DNA from: a bacterium
GTDB taxonomy: Bacteria > Hydrothermota > Tepidihabitantia > Tepidihabitantales > Tepidihabitantaceae
Length of the DNA: 17,328 nucleotides
Reading direction: 5' to 3'
Assembly: GCA_046485285.1 (NCBI GenBank)
Contig: JAWOHE010000015.1
Span: forward strand, 1 to 17,328
Below the pieces are notes generated by a model. The model made no database searches and was not told the origin of the DNA. It saw only the letters and a program-made list of their open reading frames with translations. Numbering within the stretch: position 1 is the first letter of the stretch; the number at the start of each line of letters is the position of its first letter. A program made the translations under genes and the position numbers. Of the stretch, positions 1 to 7,632 are shown one piece after another.

Positions 1-2945
1 ATCGAGATGTTCGAGTACGCGGTCCTCGTCGTGTAGCCCGGCCCGACCCAGCCGTTGCCGCAGACCGAGAGCTGGCTGAACCGGCGGCCGTAGAAATAGA
101 ACGGCCCGAACGCGGTCGGGAGATTGAACTGGACCGTCTGGTCGTCCGAGGTGATGGCGAGCCGCGTGCCGACCCCGGCGATGTCCAGCCACTCGAAGGT
201 CGGCGCCTCGCTGTAGAGCGTGTCGGTAGCGTCGTAGGCGTAGTAGAGCGCCGGCGTGCGCGGGCCGTCCGGGGTCGGGTCGCAGGACCGGATGACGCCG
301 ACGTCGATGAGAAAGGCCCGGGTGTAGGTCGCCCCGCCGACCGCGATGACGAGCGTGCAGGGGACCTGGGTCTCGCGCGGGATGCCGGCGTCGGCCCGGA
401 CCCGGAACGGGTCGGCCGGATTCTCGCCAATCGTGTCGCGCGGGATGTCGCCGAAGCTGCCGGTCGAGTCGATGACCGCCAGCCGGGCGTCGCCCGAGCG
501 GAGGACCGCGGTCACCCCGTAGGCGTGGCCCGCGCCGGTGTTGCGGAGCACCGCGACGAGGTCGGCGGTCTCGCCCGGGTCGAGCATCGCGTTGCCGTTC
601 CCGCCCGGCGGCGGGTCGACGACCCGGTTCGCCTCGTAGTCGAGCACCGGCGCGCCGACCGCGAGGGTGAGCGGTGTCTCCCAGACGGAATCGTTGGCGT
701 CGCGGGTGCTGACCGTGAAGCGGAGCGCGTAGCGGTTGGTGCAGGCGGTCGCGACCGCGAAGCCGAAACCTTCCGCGCCGGTGAACGCCGAATCGCCGGC
801 CGCGATGCTCCCGAAGCTCTTCACCGAATCGCTGAGAGTGATGTTCGGGTCCTGCGCCCGGAGCCGGGTCACGACGCCCTCGGCCGCGCCCGAACCCCAG
901 TTCTTGACCCACATCGGCAGGTTGATGGTCTCGCCCGGGTTGATGATGCCGTCGTTGTTGCCGCCGGCCGAGTCGTCGACGACGTGGCGGAGGTGCATCA
1001 CGTACGGCCCGCTCGAGGGCAGGGCGAGGCAGGCGCCGAGGTGCGGCGTGAGGTCATGGCCGGTGACGGTCACGTAGACCGAGTCGGGCGCGAGGCTGCT
1101 GACGATGAGGGTGACCTGGCCCGACGCATCGGTGTAGCCGGCCGCGTGGACGGTCGTGTCGCCCTTCGCCATCGCGCAGACGAGCGCGTTCTCGACCGGC
1201 GCGAAACCGGCGCTGACGCTGACCGGCATCGGGTAGGTCCCGAGCGGGATCACCGGCGGGTAGCTGACCGCGAGCTCGGCCGGCTCGTGGGCGTAGACGT
1301 CGATCGCGCCGTCACCCATCAGGTTGTACATTTCGAGGTAGCGCCGGGTCATCCCGGTGTTGCCCATCTGGGCGAAGTACCAGAGCTTGGCCCGGTTGAA
1401 GCCGCCCATTATCCAGTGCCGGGACGAATCGAACATGCAGTCGAAGACCCGGCGCTCGAGCGTGTCGTCCTCGGTCCAGTAGGAGTTGACGGTCGAGGCG
1501 ATGTGCGAGAGCGCGCCGCGCCGGCCGTTGCGGATCCACGCCTCGGAGAAGCACTCGCCGTAGGTGTAGTCGCCCGAGATACAGGCGAAGGTCTGGACGT
1601 ACGGGACGAGGTCAGTGTTGGCGAGCGCGCGGACGTTCGAGTTCGAGAAGTTGCAGTCGGCCCAGCTCGTCGTGCTGCCGTGGCCGGAGTAGGTCACCCA
1701 GGACCGGCCGGTGTTGATCGCCTCGGTTATCGGCGTGCCCTGGCTGTAGTAGAGCCAGAGCGAGTCGCACGCGACCCCGTCCGCCCGGAGCTTGGCCATC
1801 ACGTACTGGTGGGTCCGTTCGGCGACCTGGTGGTTGCCGCCGTCCGATGACGCGATGAAATAGGCCTTGTTCAGCCAGCCGGTGCCGCCCGTGCCGCCGG
1901 CCTGCTCGTAGGTCACGATGTTCGCGACCAGGCTGTCGAGCTGGTCCGGGTTCGCCACCGACGCCCGCGACAGGTCGACGTCGGGCAGGTAGTCGTCGCC
2001 GTCGAGCATCGCGAAGTTCAGGTCGGTCGGCGGACTGCCGGTGCCCTGGCCGGTGAAATAGCCGATTCGGTCGACGTCGCCGACAAGCAGGACCTGGCTG
2101 GGCGGAATCGGCCAGTTGTCGTAGGCGTCCTGGAGGTACGCCCGGACCGTGTTCGCCTGCCCGCCGCCGACCTGGCTCAGGGTACGGACGAAGACGCTGT
2201 AGCCCTTGCGCCGGCGCCACTCGGCGAGCGGCCGGACACTCGGCTCCCACTCGTCGGGCACGATGACCAGCCAGCCGACCGGCAGGTCGGGCGGCGCGAA
2301 ATCGAACCGGCCCGCGTTCGCGACGACGCCGTCGAGCCGCCCCCGGAACCCCGGAGAATCGTAGCGCCGGTGCCGCGCCCGGGTCCGGCCGAGGTCGGCG
2401 CCGGTCCAGCGAACCGTCACCCGGACCTCCTCGTGGAGTTCAAGCGTCCCGGTCACCGGGTTGTACCGCGCCGGCAGGACCTCGACCAGCGCGAGCCGGT
2501 GCCCGCGCATCGTCCCGGCCTCGACGAACCGGGCGCCGACCTCGCCGTGCCACGCATCGAGCGCGTAGAGCTTCGCGTCGAACGCGAAGCCGGGCCGCGG
2601 TCCGCTCTTCGGTACCGGCTCCTGGCGCGGGGCCAGCGGCCGTTCGAGCCGAAGGACAGTCGCCGCGCCTGCCTCGACCACGAGCTCGACCTCGGCGCCG
2701 AGCGGGACCTCGATGAGCCGGCGGTAGACCGGCAGGGCCGGCGCGCCGGGCTCCCCGGTCACCCCGGCGCCGGGCAGGTCGAGCCGGACGAACTCGCCGC
2801 CCTCGAGCGTCACCGGGTCGGGAACCGCGGCCGCCGCGTTCACGGTCAAGAGGCCGCCGTCGGCCCGGTCCTGCCACGTAACCGGCCCGGCGGCCGGCGC
2901 GGCGGACAGGCCGACGAGGACCAGAACGAATGTCGAAAGGCGCAT
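1..2945 (-). CDS. Gingipain-like C25 family cysteine peptidase (signal peptide, C25 propeptide, catalytic domain, C-terminal Ig-like repeats); 3' end runs off the window
   Basis: Not in the ORF track because it has no stop in the window. Hand translation from ATG 2945 (GGAGG at 2957-2953) gives signal peptide MRLSTFVLVLVGLSAAPAAG, propeptide motifs GEPGAPALPVYRRLIEVP and PARYNPVTGTL, and catalytic-domain motifs LAEWRRRKGY, VLLVGDVD, TDLNFAMLDGDDYLPDVDLSR, TYSGHG (His) and FACISGDY (Cys). Two NDG..PGET-type repeats follow. Confidence 0.92.
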   Translation of the reverse strand, partial: MRLSTFVLVLVGLSAAPAAGPVTWQDRADGGLLTVNAAAAVPDPVTLEGGEFVRLDLPGAGVTGEPGAPALPVYRRLIEVPLGAEVELVVEAGAATVLRLERPLAPRQEPVPKSGPRPGFAFDAKLYALDAWHGEVGARFVEAGTMRGHRLALVEVLPARYNPVTGTLELHEEVRVTVRWTGADLGRTRARHRRYDSPGFRGRLDGVVANAGRFDFAPPDLPVGWLVIVPDEWEPSVRPLAEWRRRKGYSVFVRTLSQVGGGQANTVRAYLQDAYDNWPIPPSQVLLVGDVDRIGYFTGQGTGSPPTDLNFAMLDGDDYLPDVDLSRASVANPDQLDSLVANIVTYEQAGGTGGTGWLNKAYFIASSDGGNHQVAERTHQYVMAKLRADGVACDSLWLYYSQGTPITEAINTGRSWVTYSGHGSTTSWADCNFSNSNVRALANTDLVPYVQTFACISGDYTYGECFSEAWIRNGRRGALSHIASTVNSYWTEDDTLERRVFDCMFDSSRHWIMGGFNRAKLWYFAQMGNTGMTRRYLEMYNLMGDGAIDVYAHEPAELAVSYPPVIPLGTYPMPVSVSAGFAPVENALVCAMAKGDTTVHAAGYTDASGQVTLIVSSLAPDSVYVTVTGHDLTPHLGACLALPSSGPYVMHLRHVVDDSAGGNNDGIINPGETINLPMWVKNWGSGAAEGVVTRLRAQDPNITLSDSVKSFGSIAAGDSAFTGAEGFGFAVATACTNRYALRFTVSTRDANDSVWETPLTLAVGAPVLDYEANRVVDPPPGGNGNAMLDPGETADLVAVLRNTGAGHAYGVTAVLRSGDARLAVIDSTGSFGDIPRDTIGENPADPFRVRADAGIPRETQVPCTLVIAVGGATYTRAFLIDVGVIRSCDPTPDGPRTPALYYAYDATDTLYSEAPTFEWLDIAGVGTRLAITSDDQTVQFNLPTAFGPFYFYGRRFSQLSVCGNGWVGPGYTTRTAYSNIS

Positions 2946-3046
2946 CCTGCTACCTCCTGGCCAGGGCTCGGGGCTCCCGGCCGTGAATACCGACTCCCGG
3001 CCTATCGAACAGGTCCCCGGCGCTCCGGGGACTCGCAAGCAAGCCA

Positions 3047-3074
3047 ATTCTACCGCCGGGGCCGGGCCGGTCAA
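3047..3074 (-). promoter_or_regulatory. sigma70-like promoter for the C25 peptidase gene
   Basis: TTGACC (3074-3069), 16-nt spacer, TAGAAT (3052-3047). Confidence 0.7.
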
Positions 3075-3087
3075 CGCAATCTCTCCC

Positions 3088-3115
3088 TTGACCGCCCGCC
3101 CGGCCGGAGTATTAT
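3088..3115 (+). promoter_or_regulatory. sigma70-like promoter for the T9SS-CTD protein gene (back-to-back with the peptidase promoter)
   Basis: TTGACC (3088-3093), 16-nt spacer, TATTAT (3110-3115). Confidence 0.7.
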
Positions 3116-3176
3116 GGCGTGCAGGATGGCCAATGTCGTCCTGGAGTTTCCGCGAAATGCAAAAGGAGGAGTCACC

Positions 3177-4904
3177 ATGCGCAAGACCGTAGTCTTGGCG
3201 CTCGTGCTCGCCGCCGGCCTCGTCCTCGCCGGCAACGAGCAGTGGATCGGGACCCCGTCCCAGGTCCGCTACGACATCCCGAACCCCGAGCCCGGGATCT
3301 TCCCGATGGGCCCGGACGTCTTCCGCCCCGCGCTCGATACCTTCAAGTACGACGATGGAATGCCGGCCAGCGCCTGGGCCTGGAACACCGTCGGCAGCGG
3401 CTGGGGAATGAAGTTCATGGCCCCGGCCGACAACTTCACCGTCGCCGGCGCGCTCGTCCACTTCTACTCCGGCTGGCCGATTCCCGGCGGCACGCGGGCG
3501 ATGGTCAAGCTGTTCGCCGACGACGGACCGGGCGGCTCGCCCGGCACCCAGCTCTGGACCTCGGACACGGTCACCGTCGTGATGGGCCAGTGGAACTACG
3601 TGCCCATCGGCGAGGCCGTCATCGGCAGCAACTACTACATCTTCTACGTCCAGGTCGACTCCTACCCGACCTGCCCGGGGATGTCGATCGACGCGTTCAA
3701 CAACGCGCCCTCGGGCCGCAAGTGGGCGTACAGCGGCACCAGCTTCGCCGAAGACCTCCGCCGCGGCGACTGGCTCATCCGCTCGGTCGTCGACTGGTCG
3801 CCGCAGGCGGTCAACGCCAGCGCGCTCTACTTCGCCGCGAGCATGCCGCCCGACACGACCCCGGACATCAACCTCTTCATCCGGGCGATGATCAAGAACC
3901 TCGGGACCGACAACCTGCCCGCCGGCACGCCGGTCCGGCTCAAGGTCACCGGCCCGCAGAGCTACGCCTACGAGGACACGATGCTGACGACCGCGATGCT
4001 CGCTCGCGGCCAGCAGGTCCAGATGAACTTCTCGCCGGCCTGGCGCGTCCCCACGACCTCCGGCCTCTACACCATCAAGGTCTGGCCCGAGGCCGCGGGC
4101 GAGCAGTACCCGGCCGACGACACCATCGCCTACGCGCTCAGTGTCGCGCGCTGGATCGAGTACGCCAACTTCAACGCCCTGAACTGGCTGACCTGGCAGG
4201 GCCGGGCCCGGGCGACCAAGTTCGACCCGGGGCACTTCAACGTCCAGTACCCGGTCGGCCTCGGCCGGGTCCGCCACCAGTTCTACTCCCACCCGAGCTA
4301 CCCGTGGCCGGATTCGAGCTTCCTGTTCCAGATCTACGCTGACGACGGAATGACCCTGCTCTACGAGAGCCCGGAAGTCGAGGCCCGGCCCGGCACGCCC
4401 GGCGCCGCGGTCGCCTACGACCTCGACTCGCTCCTTGTCTTCCCGTCCGGCGAGTTCTACGTCGCCATCTACCCGGTCAGTTCGACCGGCCACCCGTCCT
4501 CCTGCGCCGACGACACCAGCGAAGGCCGCAGCTTCGCCGGCCAGCCCGGCGCCTGGGCGCCGTGGACCAACGGTGAGTTCTTCACCTCGGCCTCGGTCCA
4601 GGGCGGCGTCGGCATCAGCGAAGGCGAGCGCCGCTACGTCGGCCAGCCGACGCTGTCGGTCACCGGCTACCCCAACCCGGTCGCCGACTTCCTGACCGTC
4701 AAGTGGAGCGTCCCGCGCAAGCAGGTGGTCAGCGTCGGGCTCTTCGACGCCACCGGCCGGCTCGCACACAACCTCTACTCCGCGAACGGCGGCCCGCTCA
4801 ACGGGGCGGTGGCGCTTGACGTCCGGGCATTCCCGGCCGGCGTCTACCTCCTCAGGCTCGAAACCGAGGACGGCGCCGCGACACGCAAACTCGTCCTCCG
4901 CTAG
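3177..4904 (+). CDS. Secreted beta-rich protein with a CARDB/Ig-like segment and C-terminal T9SS type A sorting domain (575 aa)
   Basis: True start is ATG 3177 after AAAAGGAGGA (3161-3170). Signal peptide MRKTVVLALVLAAGLVLA; two related jelly-roll-like domains; C-terminus YPNPV...LFDATGR...PAGVYLLRLE...TRKLVLR, typical of Por/T9SS CTDs. Confidence 0.88.
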   Translation: MRKTVVLALVLAAGLVLAGNEQWIGTPSQVRYDIPNPEPGIFPMGPDVFRPALDTFKYDDGMPASAWAWNTVGSGWGMKFMAPADNFTVAGALVHFYSGWPIPGGTRAMVKLFADDGPGGSPGTQLWTSDTVTVVMGQWNYVPIGEAVIGSNYYIFYVQVDSYPTCPGMSIDAFNNAPSGRKWAYSGTSFAEDLRRGDWLIRSVVDWSPQAVNASALYFAASMPPDTTPDINLFIRAMIKNLGTDNLPAGTPVRLKVTGPQSYAYEDTMLTTAMLARGQQVQMNFSPAWRVPTTSGLYTIKVWPEAAGEQYPADDTIAYALSVARWIEYANFNALNWLTWQGRARATKFDPGHFNVQYPVGLGRVRHQFYSHPSYPWPDSSFLFQIYADDGMTLLYESPEVEARPGTPGAAVAYDLDSLLVFPSGEFYVAIYPVSSTGHPSSCADDTSEGRSFAGQPGAWAPWTNGEFFTSASVQGGVGISEGERRYVGQPTLSVTGYPNPVADFLTVKWSVPRKQVVSVGLFDATGRLAHNLYSANGGPLNGAVALDVRAFPAGVYLLRLETEDGAATRKLVLR

Positions 4905-4919
4905 CACCGCCTGAACCAC

Positions 4920-4954
4920 GAAGCGGGACGGCTCTGCCGTCCCGCTTCCCTTTC
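4920..4954 (+). terminator. Intrinsic terminator-like hairpin
   Basis: Perfect 13-bp stem GAAGCGGGACGGC-TCT-GCCGTCCCGCTTC, 15 nt after the stop codon, followed by CCTTTC. Confidence 0.75.
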
Positions 4955-4965
4955 ACCCCGCGCCT

Positions 4966-5080
4966 GTCATCTCGACCTGCGGCCGCAAGCCCCCCCGGTC
5001 ATTTCGACCGGAACGCAGCGGAGTGGTGCTGCGTCCCCGCAGTGCGGGCACTCACGTCGAACGTGAAATCTGAAATCCCT
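4966..5080. repeat. REP-like dispersed repeat family (GTCATYTCGACC...GTGG...GAAATC), two copies here; further copies at 5814-5842 and 6558-6585
   Basis: GTCATCTCGACC at 4966; GTCATTTCGACCGGAACGCAGCGGAGTGG at 4998, with GAAATCCCT at 5072; GTCATCTCGACC at 5814; TCATCTCGACCGCAGTGGAGAAATCCCT at 6558. Confidence 0.65.
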
Positions 5081-5097
5081 ATCCGGCCCGTGCGGGC

Positions 5098-5192
5098 CGT
5101 GGTTCAAGGTTCATAGTTCAAAGTTCAGGGTTCATCGTTCCGCGCTCTCCCTTCACCCCTTCCCTCCTCACCCTTCCCCGTCTGCCTTCGTG
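5098..5192 (+). repeat. Direct repeat copy 1 (about 95 bp) containing a heptamer array (RGTTCAN)x5-6 and a pyrimidine-rich tract
   Basis: GGTTCAA GGTTCAT AGTTCAA AGTTCAG GGTTCAT CGTTC...CCCTCCTCACCCTTCCCC; a near-identical copy lies at 6593-6694. Confidence 0.9.
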
Positions 5193-5259
5193 TCGAAGAC
5201 CCTCTCCGGCCCGTGCCTTCGTGTTCAACTCCTCTCCGCTTGCCCGGCCCTTTCCCGGC

Positions 5260-5288
5260 TTGACATCCCGCCTTCCCGGACCTTTACT
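5260..5288 (+). promoter_or_regulatory. Possible promoter for the DUF4160/DUF2442 pair
   Basis: TTGACA (5260-5265), 17 nt, TTTACT (5283-5288); the -10 element is imperfect. Confidence 0.45.
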
Positions 5289-5301
5289 GAATGCGGGTCA
5301 A

Positions 5302-5475
5302 ATGCCCAAGATATCTGAATTCTATGGCATCGCCATCTACGTCTACTACCGGGAACATCTCCCGCCGCACTTCCACGCGCGCTACGGGGACGGCGAGGTG
5401 CTGGTCGCGATCGAAGACCTGTCCGTCCTGCGCGGGCGGATTGCCCCGCGCGCGTCGATCGAGCCGCTGAGCTAG
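5302..5475 (+). pseudogene. DUF4160-family (DhiT-like) toxin, internally deleted (57 aa)
   Basis: MPKISEFYGIAIYVYYREHLPPHFHARYG is the family signature. The sequence jumps from RIAPRA directly to the terminal IEPL motif, lacking the usual helical LV.EWA..H..EL..NW segment. Confidence 0.8.
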
Positions 5476-5485
5476 GAGAAAGGGA

Positions 5486-5761
5486 GTGCAGCGGGTGGTT
5501 TTGGTGCGGCCCCTGGACGGCTACCGCCTCAGCGTCCAATTCGCCGACGGCACCGAAGGTGAAGTCGACCTCTCCGACCTCGTCGGCAAGGGTGTCTTCG
5601 CCGCGTGGGTGGACCGGGAACGCTTCCTCGAAGTCGCTATCGACCCGGAGACCGGTGCGCTCGCGTGGCCGGGCGGCATCGACCTCTGCCCGGACAGCCT
5701 CTACGAAGAAGTCACCGGCCGCGTCTTCATCGCCCGCGACGAACGCGCCGACCCCGCCTGA
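5486..5761 (+). CDS. DUF2442-family (DhiA-like) antitoxin
   Basis: VRPLDGYRLSVQFADGTEGEVDL...F.EVAID...LAWPGGIDLCPDSLY family pattern; purine-rich RBS before GTG; directly downstream of DUF4160. Confidence 0.9.
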   Translation: MQRVVLVRPLDGYRLSVQFADGTEGEVDLSDLVGKGVFAAWVDRERFLEVAIDPETGALAWPGGIDLCPDSLYEEVTGRVFIARDERADPA

Positions 5762-5966
5762 CGTCCGTACCATCCGCAGGACGGACTCAAACACACGGAT
5801 ACGAAGACGGCCCGTCATCTCGACCCCCTCGACTACGCTCAGAGCTTGCTCTGTCGCGATCAGGTCAGCGAACATCGCGGCTTTGAAGCCGCTCCCACAC
5901 CCGGTCCCCGCCCCCTGACTTCATGCCCTGGTGTTTCGCCGTCTCCCTGCCCGTCGTCACCCGACC

Positions 5967-5994
5967 TTGACTTCGCGCCCGGGGCCGGTATACT
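5967..5994 (+). promoter_or_regulatory. sigma70-like promoter for the RRM gene, implying a ~160-nt 5' UTR
   Basis: TTGACT (5967-5972), 16 nt, TATACT (5989-5994). Confidence 0.7.
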
Positions 5995-6158
5995 TCCCTG
6001 TCGGTTGGATAAAGGACCTCTCTTCCCGACCCAGTTCAGCGCAGGTCCAAACAGCTTGTGTTCGACTCTCGACCTATGACTCCGGTCTGCCACACCAGCC
6101 GACCCGGCCGTAGACTCCAGTAACGATTCCCAAGCTACAACATCATCGGAGGTATCTG

Positions 6159-6458
6159 ATGAGTCAACGCGTCTTTGTAGGGAATCTTCCCTTCAGCGCG
6201 ACCGAAGGACAGCTCACCGAGCTGTTCGGCAAGCACGGCGAGGTTTCCTCGACGGCGATCGTCAAGGACCGGATGACCGACCGCTCGCGCGGCTTCGGGT
6301 TCGTCGAAATGACGACCAACGAAGGCGCAACCGCGGCGATCGCGGCCCTGTCCGGCCACTCGCTGGACGGCCGCGCCCTCACCGTCAACCTCGCCAAGCC
6401 GCGCACCGAAGGCGGCCACGGCAACGGCGGCGGACGGCGCAGTTTCGGGACCTGGTAG
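6159..6458 (+). CDS. RNA recognition motif (RRM/RNP-1) RNA-binding protein with Gly-rich tail
   Basis: RNP2 VFVGNLPF, RNP1 RGFGFVEM, LDGRALTVNLAKPR; GGAGG RBS upstream. Confidence 0.96.
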   Translation: MSQRVFVGNLPFSATEGQLTELFGKHGEVSSTAIVKDRMTDRSRGFGFVEMTTNEGATAAIAALSGHSLDGRALTVNLAKPRTEGGHGNGGGRRSFGTW

Positions 6459-6480
6459 AAACCAGCCCGGATCGAAACCA

Positions 6481-6507
6481 GGGCGGCGACCCGACGGGTC
6501 GCCGCCC
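6481..6507 (+). terminator. Strong hairpin downstream of the RRM gene (possible terminator or stabiliser)
   Basis: GGGCGGCGACCCG-A-CGGGTCGCCGCCC perfect inverted repeat; the U tract is weak. Confidence 0.55.
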
Positions 6508-6592
6508 GCTGTTCATGCGGGGGCTGACCCGACCGCGCCCCGGCCTCCCCCCGCCCATCATCTCGACCGCAGTGGAGAAATCCCTCTCCGGT

Positions 6593-6694
6593 CGTGGTTC
6601 AAGGTTCATAGTTCAAAGTTCATAGTTCAGGGTTCATCGTTCAGCGCTCTACCTTCGTCACTTCCCTCCTCACCCTTCCCCATCTGCCCTCGTG
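6593..6694 (+). repeat. Direct repeat copy 2 of 5098-5192, with one extra heptamer
   Basis: GGTTCAA GGTTCAT AGTTCAA AGTTCAT AGTTCAG GGTTCAT CGTTC...CTTCCCTCCTCACCCTTCCCCATCTGCCCTCGTG. Confidence 0.9.
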
Positions 6695-6804
6695 CCTGAC
6701 TCCGCCCTCCACACCCTGCAATCCGGCATCTGCAATCCCGCCCGCGTTTCCTCTTTGCCTGACGTCTCTTTCTCCCGCGGCACAATGACCGGCATGAATA
6801 CGAC

Positions 6805-6859
6805 GCCCGGGCCGGGGTTGACGAGGCGGGGAGTTAAGTACTATGTCCCCGGAATCCCC
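6805..6859 (+). repeat. 55-bp direct repeat, left of the ORF6N gene
   Basis: GCCCGGGCCGGGGTTGACGAGGCGGGGAGTTAAGTACTATGTCCCCGGAATCCCC; 2 mismatches to 7555-7609. Confidence 0.95.
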
Positions 6860-6884
6860 CGGGACGCGGAGAAAGAGGAGAACA

Positions 6885-7502
6885 ATGCAGGTCGACTCCA
6901 AAGGTTACCTGATTCCGGTCGAGCGCATCGACAACGCTATCATTGAGCTTCGTGGCGAGCGGGTGATGCTTGACGCGGACCTTGCGGCTCTCTACGGCGT
7001 GAGCACAAAGGCCCTGAACCAGGCTGTCAAGCGCAATGCGGATCGCTTTCCCGCAGATTTCGTGTTCCGCCTCACAGCGGACGAGAAGACCGAGGTGGTC
7101 ACAAGCTGTGACCACCTCAGCCGTCTGAAGTTTTCTCGGACGCTACCCTATGCGTTCACCGAACACGGGGCGGTGATGCTGGCCAGCGTGCTGAACTCGA
7201 AACGTGCGTCGGAAATCAGCGTCTTCGTCGTCCGGGCCTTTGTCCGGATGCGGCGGATGCTGGCCGACCAGCGCCGGTTCGCGCTCAAACTGGCGGAGCT
7301 CGAATCGAAGATGGCGGTACACGACAAGAACCTCAAGGTTGTTTTCGCGGCCCTGCGCAAGCTGATGCAGGCACCGGAACCCGGGCGCAGACCCATCGGG
7401 TTCCGGCCGAATGAAGGACCGGAACGGACCGGGCCGGCTGACGACACAATCGCGCGTGACCGCCCGCGCAAGCGCCGCAAGACTCCCGGCCGCTCGGCTT
7501 GA
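6885..7502 (+). CDS. ORF6N-domain (KilA-N-like) DNA-binding protein (205 aa)
   Basis: ATG 6885 after GAGGAG; motifs LRGERVMLDADLAALYGVSTKALNQAVKRNADRFPADFVFRLT, PYAFTEHGAVMLASVLNS and C-terminal RRPIGF. Confidence 0.95.
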   Translation: MQVDSKGYLIPVERIDNAIIELRGERVMLDADLAALYGVSTKALNQAVKRNADRFPADFVFRLTADEKTEVVTSCDHLSRLKFSRTLPYAFTEHGAVMLASVLNSKRASEISVFVVRAFVRMRRMLADQRRFALKLAELESKMAVHDKNLKVVFAALRKLMQAPEPGRRPIGFRPNEGPERTGPADDTIARDRPRKRRKTPGRSA

Positions 7503-7554
7503 CAGCCTGAGGATATCGGTTAGAAGTATGTCGTGAGGAAAGATGCGTCCAGAT

Positions 7555-7609
7555 GCCCGGGCCGGGATTGACGAAGCGGGGAGTTAAGTACTATGTCCCC
7601 GGAATCCCC
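7555..7609 (+). repeat. 55-bp direct repeat, right of the ORF6N gene, followed by a TCCCCGGAA duplication
   Basis: GCCCGGGCCGGGATTGACGAAGCGGGGAGTTAAGTACTATGTCCCCGGAATCCCC, exactly 750 nt from copy 1. Confidence 0.95.
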
Positions 7610-7632
7610 GGAATCCCGCGCAGCCGTCCTCA

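Noticed and set aside
525-1850. 441-aa plus-strand ORF and other ORFs over 1-2900
   Set aside because: Antisense or alternative-frame shadows of the GC-rich C25 peptidase gene; no recognisable motifs.
3013-3032. 8-bp hairpin GTCCCCGG/CCGGGGAC in the peptidase 5' UTR as a riboswitch
   Set aside because: A single short stem with no recognisable aptamer consensus.
2370-3176. N-terminal extension of the 844-aa ORF
   Set aside because: Overlaps the peptidase gene and the divergent promoters; the RBS and signal peptide place the start at 3177.
6805-7609. Integron cassette with attC sites
   Set aside because: No RYYYAAC...GTTRRRY-bounded long hairpin and no integrase seen; the repeats are direct and nearly identical.
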